Source: Deltaproteobacteria bacterium Ga0077539 (GTDB lineage Bacteria; Myxococcota_A; Polyangia; Polyangiales; Ga0077539). Taken from it: 64,000 nucleotides of DNA. Both the position numbers and the translations under genes were made by a program. Every line of letters begins with the position of its first letter. Position 1 is the first letter of the stretch. Positions 28,232-37,203 of this stretch are shown one piece after another. The stretch is from positions 736 to 64,735 of the forward strand of contig LNEO01000113.1 in NCBI GenBank assembly GCA_001465015.1. The letters are read 5' to 3'. The notes beneath the pieces are model-generated. The model did no database searches, was not told where the DNA came from, and saw nothing but the letters and a program-made list of their open reading frames with translations.

Positions 28232-28723
28232 TCACGCCGCGGCGACGACGGGGCGTCCGCCCCAGCCTGTGCGCAGGTCGAGCTGACGGTTCCATCCGAC
28301 GCCGAGGGCGAGGGCGAGGGGGGTTTTGCTCGGCGTTCCGTCGAACGCGATGCCCATCTGGTTGTGCTCGCACCACGCGACACGGCAGGGAAAAGCGAAC
28401 TCGTATCCGAGCGCGGGCGCGATCACGCGCACGATCGTGGCGGTCCCTGCTCGCACCGGGTGCGCGAGCCTGAGCCGCATGCCGTCGCGCGACACCGCGA
28501 CGAGCCGCGCCGTCTCGAAGCCGCCTGGCGCAGTGAGCTGCACCGGGACGCCGTCGTCCTCGTCGGTGTCGTCTGGGCCCGGCGCTGATCCATCGCCAGG
28601 GATCATCTTGCTGAGCGCGAGGAGCTGCGCGCGCTCTTTCGCGTTGAGGGCAGTGCCGTTTCGACCGGTCGCCTTCGCTTGGAGCTGTACGAAGTCGAAG
28701 AGCATGTCGATGACGTCATCCAT
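28232..28723 (-). CDS. PilZ-like domain protein (c-di-GMP motifs degenerate)
   Basis: GGAGGA RBS; ARLVAVSRDGMRL..FPCRVAW...MGIAFDG gives the PilZ barrel pattern; no RxxxR. Confidence 0.7.
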   Translation of the reverse strand: MDDVIDMLFDFVQLQAKATGRNGTALNAKERAQLLALSKMIPGDGSAPGPDDTDEDDGVPVQLTAPGGFETARLVAVSRDGMRLRLAHPVRAGTATIVRVIAPALGYEFAFPCRVAWCEHNQMGIAFDGTPSKTPLALALGVGWNRQLDLRTGWGGRPVVAAA

Positions 28724-28780
28724 GGCGTCCTCCGCGGGAGAGCTGTGTTTGAAGTTCTGTCGTCGTGTCGCCAACAAGAG

Positions 28781-28796
28781 TGCGAGCCTCGTGCCA
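28781..28796 (-). promoter_or_regulatory. Sigma-54 (-24/-12) promoter for the PilZ-like gene
   Basis: Minus strand TGGCACGAGGCTCGCA: GG-N10-GC with a perfect TGGCACG, ~58 nt upstream of the ATG. Confidence 0.65.
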
Positions 28797-28865
28797 GCGG
28801 CCTGACAGACATTGGACGCACGGTCCCTCGCTAAGGTTTGATCCCTGTGACAACAGGAAGTACGC

Positions 28866-30305
28866 GTGGATCTATTCGACCGATTGAAGAAGCCAGTGGC
28901 TAGCGCAGGCGCCGCCGCGATCCCCGCAGACGTCGACGATCCCGGTGGCCACCATGACCTAAACGTCACAGGTGCCCGCGCTGAACCTCGCCAACCCGAC
29001 GAGCACGCAGCGCTTCGAGGCCCCCTCGCGGACCGGATGCGACCGAGGACGCTCGAAGAGCTCGCGGGTCACACGGCGCGCATCGGTCCGAACACCCCTC
29101 TCGGCCGCGCCATCCTCGCCGATCGCTGCCCGTCGCTCGTGCTCTGGGGGCCGCCGGGCTGTGGAAAGACCTCCCTCGCTCGCATCGTCGCGGCTCACTC
29201 GAAGGCACGATTCGAGGCGCTGTCGGCCGTGCTCTCGGGCGTCGCCGAGCTGCGAAAGAGCGTCGAGCGCGCAGAGCTCGAGCGCCGCGCCGGTCGCAGG
29301 ACGATCTTGTTCGTCGACGAGATTCATCGCTTCAACAAGGGGCAGCAGGACGCCCTGTTGCCGCACGTCGAGGCGGGCACGGTCACGCTCCTCGGCGCCA
29401 CGACGGAGAATCCGTCCTTCGCGTTGAACAGCGCGGTGTTGTCGCGAGCGCAGGTCGTTCGCTTCGAGCCGCTCGATGACGACGCGCTCGTCGTGCTGCT
29501 CGCTCGCGCGCTCGCCGACGAATCGCGCGGCCTCGGTCGCTCGGGCGTGACCGCCGCGCTCGACGTCCTCGCGTTGATCGCGCGCTGGGCCGACGGCGAC
29601 GCGCGACGCGCGCTCGGGCTGCTCGAGCACGTGGTCGAAGAAGTGCTCGCCCGAGGCGCGACGAGCGTGTCGAACGAGGACGTCGAGGCCTCGGCCAGAG
29701 ATCAGACGCTCCGCTACGATCGAGACGGCGAAGAGCACTACAACCTCGCGAGCGCGCTCATCAAATCCCTTCGGGGCAGCGACCCCGACGCGGGCCTGTA
29801 TTGGGCGGTACGAATCATCGAAGCGGGCGAAGACCCGCTCTTCGTCCTGCGGCGGCTGTTGATCTTCGCGGCCGAAGACGTGGGCATGGCGGATCCGCGC
29901 GCGATCGAGGTTGTGGCCGCTTGTGATCACGCGTTTCAACGCGTGGGCTTGCCAGAGGGAATGATCCCGCTCGCTCACGCCGTGACGTATCTGGCGCTCG
30001 CGCCCAAGAGCAAGAGCGCTTACCGAGCGCTGCGCGCGGTGCAAGCGGCGATTCAAAAGAGCGGAGCCCTGCCCGTTCCGATGAACCTTCGCAACGCCCC
30101 CACCCAGCTGATGAAGGCGATGGGATACGGCGTCAATTATCGCGATCCCCACGACAGCGCCGAGGGATGGGTGCCCGAGCACTATCTTCCTGACGCGCTC
30201 GAGGGCAACGAGTTCTACGAGCCGACGACGCACGGGCTCGAGGCGAAGGCGGCCGAGACGCTCGCGCGACGACGACGGGCGCGTCGCGAACGTGACCGAG
30301 GTTGA
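28866..30305 (+). CDS. rarA: Replication-associated recombination protein A (RarA/MgsA)
   Basis: PLADRMRP, WGPPGCGKT, FVDEIHRFNKGQQDALLP, GATTENPSF, GDARRAL, IKSLRGSDPDA, EDVGMADP, LRNAPT.LMK.MGYG. Confidence 0.96.
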   Translation: MDLFDRLKKPVASAGAAAIPADVDDPGGHHDLNVTGARAEPRQPDEHAALRGPLADRMRPRTLEELAGHTARIGPNTPLGRAILADRCPSLVLWGPPGCGKTSLARIVAAHSKARFEALSAVLSGVAELRKSVERAELERRAGRRTILFVDEIHRFNKGQQDALLPHVEAGTVTLLGATTENPSFALNSAVLSRAQVVRFEPLDDDALVVLLARALADESRGLGRSGVTAALDVLALIARWADGDARRALGLLEHVVEEVLARGATSVSNEDVEASARDQTLRYDRDGEEHYNLASALIKSLRGSDPDAGLYWAVRIIEAGEDPLFVLRRLLIFAAEDVGMADPRAIEVVAACDHAFQRVGLPEGMIPLAHAVTYLALAPKSKSAYRALRAVQAAIQKSGALPVPMNLRNAPTQLMKAMGYGVNYRDPHDSAEGWVPEHYLPDALEGNEFYEPTTHGLEAKAAETLARRRRARRERDRG

Positions 30306-30309
30306 CCTG

Positions 30310-32448
30310 ATGAAATCCCCGCGCGTCGCGCTCTACACGATCACGATCTTCGCCAGCGCCATGCTGCTGTTCATGGTGCAGCCGCTCGCCGGGCGCGAGC
30401 TGTTGCCGAGGCTCGGCGGCGTTCCCGCTGCGTGGACCGCGTGCCTGCTGTTCTTTCAGGCCGCGCTGCTTACGGGCTACGGCTACGTGTGGCTGTCGTC
30501 CAAGTGGCCCGAGCGCGTGCGCGCGATCGTCCACGTCGGGTTGCTCGTCGCCGTCGCCTTGGCGTTTCCCGCGTTTGCGCGGCGAGAGATCGCGTTGTCT
30601 CCCACCGCCGCGCCCGTTCGATACGCGCTCTCGTTTCTCGCGCTTGCGGTGGGAGCCCCTTTCGTCCTGCTCAGCACGACCTCGCCGCTCTTGCAGCACT
30701 GGCTCGCGCGCGAGGGTCAACGTCCGTATGCGCTGTATGCAGCGAGCAACGTCGGGAGCCTCGCGTCGCTCTTGCTCTATCCGTTCGCGATCGAGCCGCT
30801 CTTCGCGCTGAGCGCGCAGGAGTCGCTCTTTCGCGCGCTGTTTGTGGCAGTGGCCGTCCTCGTGGCGCTCTGCGCGCTGCCAGCGCTCCGCGCGGGAGGG
30901 CGAGCAGAACAGGTCGCGCCGAGCGGCGAGCCGCCCACGGCGATGCGCCGCGCGTGGTGGGTGTTCTTCGCGCTCGTCCCGACGATGCTCTTGTCGGGTG
31001 CGACGACGCACATCACGCTCGAGCTGGCGCCGTTGCCGCTGTTGTGGGTCGTTCCGCTGGCGATCTACCTCTTGAGCTTCGTGCTCGCCTTCTCGACGCG
31101 CGTCGCAGCGCCGCCGTCGTGGCTGGCCCGAGCGTCGGCGCTCGTCGCCGTGGTGCTCGTGTTCGCGACGGTCGTGCACGCCAACAACCCCGTCTGGGTG
31201 CTGGTCGTGTTCAACCTCGGCTACCTGTGGGTCGCGAGCTGGATCTCGCATCGCAGGCTCGCGGATGACGCTCCAGACCCAGCGTATTTGCCGGAGTTCT
31301 ACGCGTGGCTCGCGGTCGGCGGCGTGCTGGGAACGCTCGTCACCGCGGTCCTCGCGCCGGTCGCGCTCCCCGACTTGTGGGAGTACCCGATCGCGATCGC
31401 GCTCGCGACCGCGACGCGACCGCTCGGCGGAATCGTCCGCGAGGACGGCAAGTGGCGCGACGACCTCGCGTACGTCGCCGCGGTGCTCGCCGCGACGGTG
31501 GCGCTCGGATTCCTGCTGAAATCCACGCGGATTGGGCTCGTTCGCGTCCCGCTCACCTTCGCGCCAGCGCTGTTGCTGGTCTACCGCGTGATGGGTCGAC
31601 GCCGTCGCTTCGTGCTCGGGCTGCTCGCGATCATCGCGGCCGGCGCGTTCGTAGGCGATACCGGCGACCGCCGGCTCGTCACGCGGAGCTTCTTCGGCGT
31701 GCTTCGCGTGGTCGACGAGGGCAACGCGCGCAGGCTCATGCACGGAACGACGCTGCACGGAGCGCAGCGCTTTCGCGAGCGAGAGCAGTGCAATCCGCTC
31801 ACGTACTACGCGCGTCGCGGGCCGCTGGGACAGTATTTCGCCTCGGAGACCGCGCGCGGCTCGCGCGGTCGCACCGTGGCGATCGGCCTCGGGACGGGCG
31901 CGGTGCTCTGCTACGCGAGCCCGGCAGAGCCGTGGCGCGTGCTCGAGATCAACGCCGACGTGCTGCGCATCGCGCGCGACCCGCAGTGGTTTACGTTTAT
32001 TCGCAACGCCGGGACGCGGGACCTCGCGCTCGACCTCGACGACGGGAGGCTCGGCGTCGAGCGCGAGCGCGACGGGAGCTTGCGTCGGATCATCGTCGAC
32101 GCGTTCAACTCGGACTCGGTGCCGGCGCACCTGCTCACGCGCGAGGCGCTGCGGATCTACCTAAGAAAGCTCGAGCCAGGCGGCCGTCTCGTGATGCACT
32201 TGTCCAACCGTGTGCTCGACCTCGAGCGGGTGCTCGCAGCGGTCGTCGTCGCCGAGGGCGTTCGCGCCAGAACGAGCGCGCCGAACGAGGTCGCGACGTG
32301 GGCGATCGTCGCGAAGACCGACGCCGACCTGGCAGATCTGGACGCTCGAGCGTGGCCGAGGCTCGACGCTGCGCGTGCGGGTACGCAGCGTGCGTGGACC
32401 GATGAGTACTCGAGCCTTCTGTCCGCGGTTCGAACCAGCGCTGAATGA
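30310..32448 (+). CDS. Fused membrane/spermidine-synthase-like SAM-binding protein
   Basis: N-terminal multi-TM region (FMVQP, YALYAASNVGS, LWVVPLAIYLLSF); HGTTLHG, GLGTG, LEINADV, VDAFNSDSVPAHLLTREA, WTDEYS. Alternative GTG start at 30292. Confidence 0.88.
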   Translation: MKSPRVALYTITIFASAMLLFMVQPLAGRELLPRLGGVPAAWTACLLFFQAALLTGYGYVWLSSKWPERVRAIVHVGLLVAVALAFPAFARREIALSPTAAPVRYALSFLALAVGAPFVLLSTTSPLLQHWLAREGQRPYALYAASNVGSLASLLLYPFAIEPLFALSAQESLFRALFVAVAVLVALCALPALRAGGRAEQVAPSGEPPTAMRRAWWVFFALVPTMLLSGATTHITLELAPLPLLWVVPLAIYLLSFVLAFSTRVAAPPSWLARASALVAVVLVFATVVHANNPVWVLVVFNLGYLWVASWISHRRLADDAPDPAYLPEFYAWLAVGGVLGTLVTAVLAPVALPDLWEYPIAIALATATRPLGGIVREDGKWRDDLAYVAAVLAATVALGFLLKSTRIGLVRVPLTFAPALLLVYRVMGRRRRFVLGLLAIIAAGAFVGDTGDRRLVTRSFFGVLRVVDEGNARRLMHGTTLHGAQRFREREQCNPLTYYARRGPLGQYFASETARGSRGRTVAIGLGTGAVLCYASPAEPWRVLEINADVLRIARDPQWFTFIRNAGTRDLALDLDDGRLGVERERDGSLRRIIVDAFNSDSVPAHLLTREALRIYLRKLEPGGRLVMHLSNRVLDLERVLAAVVVAEGVRARTSAPNEVATWAIVAKTDADLADLDARAWPRLDAARAGTQRAWTDEYSSLLSAVRTSAE

Positions 32449-32499
32449 CCGCGCGTCGAGCTGATTGCCGCGGATCGAGTCGTGCGTCGCGGTCGCGAG

Positions 32500-33390
32500 T
32501 CAGAGCGCGGGTCGGAGCTTGTAGACGATCGCGATCACGGTGACGGCGTACAGCACGAGCGTGAGCATGAACGGGACGTTCTTCAGGATCTCGTCCGTCG
32601 GCGAGTCGAGCCGCGAATCGTCTCGGGCGATCTGAAGGAACATTCCGATCCCGGCGACCACAAAGGGCGTCGTCGCCCAGAGGTAGCTCGTATGAAAGAA
32701 CGCCACCGTCGCAGGATCGAGCGTGTACGCGACGTACGACGCGATGCAGAGCGCGGCGAGCACGAACAAAAGCCGGTCGAGCGTCTTGGGATCGTAGTCG
32801 TCGAGCGCGGCGCGAGCCTTCGATGCGTGAACCTTCAGCTCGTGGCGGCGCTTGCCGAAGCCCATGAACATCGCGAGGAGCGCCGTGCAAGCGATCAAAT
32901 AAAACGACGGGCGCACGGGGTTGCCCTCGGTCGAGACCGCGTAGCAACCGGCGACGACGCGAAGCACGAATCCCGCGGCGATCGACGCTACGTCGACGTA
33001 CGGGACGTGCTTGATTCGAAACGTATAAGCGATGTTGTTGAACAGGTACGCAAGCGCGGCGAGAAACACCCCGAGACCCAGGCCGAGCGCGCCGCTCAGC
33101 GACAGGAGCACCAGCAGGACGCCGAAGATCGTCGCCTCGCGCTCCGAAACGACGCCCGCGGCGATCGGACGCTTGCATTTGGTGGGGTGGTTGCGGTCCG
33201 CTTCGACGTCGACCACGTCATTGAGCGTGTAGATCGCGCCCGCAAGAAACGAGAACACGACGAACGCGGCGAGCGCGCGCAGGAGCACCTCGGCATGAAA
33301 CAAGTTCTTCGCGAAGACGATCGGCGCCAGAACGAAGACGTTCTTGAACCACTGCTTGGGGCGCATCGTCTTGAGCAGACCGGCCAGCAC
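32500..33390 (-). CDS. UbiA family polyprenyl-phosphate phosphoribosyltransferase (DPPR synthase-like)
   Basis: MRPKQWFKN, YTLNDVVDVEADRNHPTKCKRPIAAG, DV..IAAGFVLR, KRRHE, SPTDEILK. Confidence 0.9.
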   Translation of the reverse strand: MLAGLLKTMRPKQWFKNVFVLAPIVFAKNLFHAEVLLRALAAFVVFSFLAGAIYTLNDVVDVEADRNHPTKCKRPIAAGVVSEREATIFGVLLVLLSLSGALGLGLGVFLAALAYLFNNIAYTFRIKHVPYVDVASIAAGFVLRVVAGCYAVSTEGNPVRPSFYLIACTALLAMFMGFGKRRHELKVHASKARAALDDYDPKTLDRLLFVLAALCIASYVAYTLDPATVAFFHTSYLWATTPFVVAGIGMFLQIARDDSRLDSPTDEILKNVPFMLTLVLYAVTVIAIVYKLRPAL

Positions 33391-33438
33391 AACGGCGGCG
33401 GAGACTACGCGGCGCGCGCCAGTCGAGCAACCGCGAGC

Positions 33439-36400
33439 TTGCGTCGGTTGCCTTCAGTGGCGTTTTCCGTGGCCGCGCTCTGCGTGCTCGCAGGAGAGTC
33501 GCACGCGCAACGCGCGCCCCAGGCCCCGCAAGCGCCTCTCGCGCCCAGCGCGCCGACGGCGGCGACCCGTCGTCCGACGCCCGAGTCCCGCGTCGACGAG
33601 CGCTTCCGCGAGGTGCTCGCGCGCCCCCGCGAGCCGCACGCGGCGGTGTCCATGTTGCGTATCTGGGAGCAGCGAGACTGGGTGCACCCCCTCCGAGTCG
33701 CCGATCGGATGCGCTCGCTCTCCAACACCGCGAGCCTTCTGCCTGAGCATCGCTCGCTCGCTCGGGTGTTCGAAGCGCGTGCGCGCCGTCGCCTGGGGCA
33801 GCTGCGCGAGGCCGAGCAGACGGTGCGCCCGCTCTCGTTCATGACGCGATGGCTGGTCGCTGGCGCCATCGACAACGAAGGCCGCGGCGGCTTCGCGCTC
33901 GAGACCGAGCCCGAGGCGCAGCGATACCGACCGATCGACATGAACGTGTCGTTTCCAGGCAAAGAGCGGCCCGCGCGCTGGAGGGCGATGCCCGAGCTCT
34001 CTGTCCTCGGGCTCAACCCGATCGGCTCCGCCGTGCGTCCAGAGCAAAACGTCTGCGCCCTCGCGCACACGACCGCCACGGTCCGAGGCAGCGCGGCGAT
34101 CGACGCGGTGCTCTGGTTCGGCGCTGGCGGTCAATCGAAGGTGTACGTCAACGGAGCGTCGGTGCTCGTCGACGACGTCGCGCGCGCGCGACCCTTTCCT
34201 GATCGCCACGGCGCGCGGGTCCGACTGCGTCCGGGCGCGAATCGAATCCTCGTAAAGGTGTGCGTCGCGACCGAGCCGCTCGCGTTCTTCGCGCGCTTCG
34301 CGACGCCCGCAGGAGCTCCGCTCGACCTCGCGGTCGACTCCGATCCCGCCGTCGGACCGGCGCTCGATCGACCGACGACCCCCGTCGCGATCCCCACTCC
34401 ATTGGGCCTGATCGCGAGCTGGGCTCCTCGCGTCGAGGGCGACCGCGCGAGCGCCGAGGACCTCGAAGACTACGCGCGATGGCTCTCTGCCACCGGAGCC
34501 GAGCCGGCCTCCGAAGACATCGCGTCGGACCTCTCGCGGCGCGGCGCAGAGCGCGGCCCCACGGTCGCGCGTTGGCTGCTCGTCGCCGAGCTCGCTCGCG
34601 GCCGCAACAACCGTCTTCTCGCGATTCAGCGAGCGATCGACCTGGACCCCACCGATCCGCTGCCGCTCCTCGCGTTGGCGCACGAGCGCCGCACCGGCGT
34701 TCGTCCCGAAGAAGCGATGCCGATCCTCGATCGTGTCCTCGCTGCCAACCCCAGCGACGTCACGGCGCGCATCGAGCGAGCGCTCTTGCTCGACTCTACG
34801 GGCCTCACGCTCGCGGCCAGGGCCGAGCTCGAGCGCGCCGCCAACGTCGCGCCGCACTCCGCCGCGCTGCTCGAGTTGCGCGCGAGCATGGCGGACCGCG
34901 CGAGGCTCAACGACGAAGCGCGCGCGCTTCGCCTGACGCTCAGCGACCTACGCGGCGACGATCCCGCGCTGCATCGGGACCTCGCGAACGATGCGCGCGT
35001 GCGTGGTGATCGTGCGGAGCTCCAGCGCGAGGCGCTGGCCGCGATCGCCCTCGTCCCCTACGACACAGGACTGTACGGAGCGGCTGCCGAGCTGCTCGAG
35101 ACCGCAGGAGAATCCGACCGAGCGCTCGATCTGTTGCACCGCGCGCTCGACATCGCGCCGGACGCCGCCGAGCTGTGGCGGGCGCAGGGAGAGATGCAGA
35201 TTCGCGCGGGTCGGCGCGACGACGCGCGCACCTCGATGCGCCGGGCGCTCGCGCTTCGCCCGCAGGATCGCGCGCTGCGCGCGCACATCGAGGCGCTCGA
35301 GCCTCCTGTGCCGCGACCGGACGAGGCCCTCGCCGAGGCGCCAGCGACGTTTCTCCGCCGACGCAGCGCGCCTTCGTCGAGGCCGGCGGACTACCGCATG
35401 CGCTCTCTTCACGAGCTCACCGTTCGCACGGTGTATCCCAACGGCCTCTCGGGGACCTTTCGTCAGACGGTCTTCGAGGTGATGACCGCCGAGGGCGCGC
35501 AGCAGTTTCGGCAGATCCCGGTGGGATTCGACCAGGATACGCAGCGGTTCGAGCTTCGCGCCGCGCGCGTGTATCACCGCGATGGGTCCGTCGACGAGAG
35601 CACCGGCCTCGAGGAGTACACGGTCTCCGGCGGCGCTTCTCGCATGTACTACGACACGCGCGAGATGGTGGTCTCCTTTCCGCGGCTGCAGATCGGCGAC
35701 GTCGTCGAGGTTCGTTGGCGGGTCGACGACGTCGCGCAGCGCAACGCCTTCGCGGACTACTTCGGCGACCTCGAGATCTTTCAGAGCGACACGCCTCGCG
35801 CGAGCGTCCGGTACGTGCTGAGGGCTCCGTCTGGCAGGACGTTCTACTTTCGTCCGCCGGCGCTGCGAGGGCTCGAGCGCACCGAGCGCGACGAGCCGAA
35901 CAACACACACGTATTCGAGTTCGCGGCGCGCGACATCGCCCCTGTGCCGCCCGAAGAAAACGCCCCCGGCGTCACCGAGCGCGCAGCGTACCTGCACGTG
36001 AGCACCTACCGAACGTGGGAGGACGTCGCGCGTTGGTACTGGGGGCTCATCGCCGAGCAGCTCCGGCCCGACGACCGCGTCCGCGAGATCGTTCAGCGCG
36101 CAACGCGCGGGATGACCTCGCCCCGTGACAAGGTGCGAGCGATCTACAACTGGGTGATCCAGAACACCCGCTACGTGGCGCTCGAGTTCGGCATCCACGG
36201 GTTCAAGCCGTACCGCGTCGCGGACGTGTGCCAGCGTCGCTTCGGCGACTGCAAGGACAAGGCGAGCACCATCGTCACGATGCTGCGCGAGGTGGGGATC
36301 GACGCGTCGATCGTGCTCGTTCGCACCCGTCGCAACGGCGAGATCGACCCGTCGCCCGCGTCGCTGGCGGTCTTCGATCACGCCATCGCGTACGTCCCCC

Positions 36401-37203
36401 CGATGCCCGGAATCCCTGACGGAATCTTCCTCGACGGAACCGCGCAGAACAGCGCGATGGACGAGCTTCCGTCCATGGATCAGGGCGCGATGGCGCTGAT
36501 CGTGAGCCAGCGTGGCGAGGGCCGGCTCGTGCACCTTCCGTTCGTGCAGAGCGCGAACAACCGCGTCGAGCTTCGAACCGAGGTCGACGTCAACGCGTCC
36601 GGCGGCGCGCGGCTCAGGGCGTCGCACGAGCTTCGCGGGCCCGATGCGGGTTCGCTCCGCGCCGCGATGGAAGCAGAGGCCACGCGCACCGAGCGCATCG
36701 AGCGCTGGCTCGCCGGCGCGTACCCCGGCTCGCGCGTCTCCAACGTCCGCACCGGGCCGCTCAACGACGTCGACCAACCGGCGCGCCTCGACTACGAGGC
36801 CGAAATTCCCTCGATCGGAACGAATCAGGGCAACGTCCTTCGCCTCTCGCCCACGCCCAGCCCCGAGCTGACGAGCGAGTACGCAGAGCGCTCGTCGCGG
36901 ACCAGCGACGTCATGTTGCCTGGGCCTCTCAGCGTGCACGACCGAAGGACCATTCGTCTGCCGGCCGGCTCGACAGTGAGCGAGGTCCCGGGCGCCGCAT
37001 CGGTGCGAACCGCGTGGGTGTCGCTCGAGTACACCGTGCAGCACTCCGGCACGACGCTGACAATCGACCGCACGCTCACCTACCATGTCGATCGCGTTCC
37101 CGTAGGCGAATATCAGGCGTTTCGAGACGCCTGCGCGCGAATCGACGAGGCGCTCGGCCGCCGGGTCACCGTGCGCTTGCCGGGCGCAGGGAGGGCACCA
37201 TGA
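33439..37203 (+). CDS. Secreted TPR + DUF3857 + transglutaminase-like protein, catalytic triad intact (start approximate)
   Basis: Signal peptide ending SHA-Q; beta-sandwich (WLVAG..DNEG, VYVNG, NRILVKV); TPRs; RYVALEFGIHGFKP, FGDCKDKA, FDHAIAY, FLDGT. Confidence 0.9.
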   Translation: MRRLPSVAFSVAALCVLAGESHAQRAPQAPQAPLAPSAPTAATRRPTPESRVDERFREVLARPREPHAAVSMLRIWEQRDWVHPLRVADRMRSLSNTASLLPEHRSLARVFEARARRRLGQLREAEQTVRPLSFMTRWLVAGAIDNEGRGGFALETEPEAQRYRPIDMNVSFPGKERPARWRAMPELSVLGLNPIGSAVRPEQNVCALAHTTATVRGSAAIDAVLWFGAGGQSKVYVNGASVLVDDVARARPFPDRHGARVRLRPGANRILVKVCVATEPLAFFARFATPAGAPLDLAVDSDPAVGPALDRPTTPVAIPTPLGLIASWAPRVEGDRASAEDLEDYARWLSATGAEPASEDIASDLSRRGAERGPTVARWLLVAELARGRNNRLLAIQRAIDLDPTDPLPLLALAHERRTGVRPEEAMPILDRVLAANPSDVTARIERALLLDSTGLTLAARAELERAANVAPHSAALLELRASMADRARLNDEARALRLTLSDLRGDDPALHRDLANDARVRGDRAELQREALAAIALVPYDTGLYGAAAELLETAGESDRALDLLHRALDIAPDAAELWRAQGEMQIRAGRRDDARTSMRRALALRPQDRALRAHIEALEPPVPRPDEALAEAPATFLRRRSAPSSRPADYRMRSLHELTVRTVYPNGLSGTFRQTVFEVMTAEGAQQFRQIPVGFDQDTQRFELRAARVYHRDGSVDESTGLEEYTVSGGASRMYYDTREMVVSFPRLQIGDVVEVRWRVDDVAQRNAFADYFGDLEIFQSDTPRASVRYVLRAPSGRTFYFRPPALRGLERTERDEPNNTHVFEFAARDIAPVPPEENAPGVTERAAYLHVSTYRTWEDVARWYWGLIAEQLRPDDRVREIVQRATRGMTSPRDKVRAIYNWVIQNTRYVALEFGIHGFKPYRVADVCQRRFGDCKDKASTIVTMLREVGIDASIVLVRTRRNGEIDPSPASLAVFDHAIAYVPPMPGIPDGIFLDGTAQNSAMDELPSMDQGAMALIVSQRGEGRLVHLPFVQSANNRVELRTEVDVNASGGARLRASHELRGPDAGSLRAAMEAEATRTERIERWLAGAYPGSRVSNVRTGPLNDVDQPARLDYEAEIPSIGTNQGNVLRLSPTPSPELTSEYAERSSRTSDVMLPGPLSVHDRRTIRLPAGSTVSEVPGAASVRTAWVSLEYTVQHSGTTLTIDRTLTYHVDRVPVGEYQAFRDACARIDEALGRRVTVRLPGAGRAP

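Noticed and set aside
32482-33438. N-terminal extension of the 1573-aa ORF
   Set aside because: Antisense to the UbiA-family gene; a signal peptide appears only near 33439.
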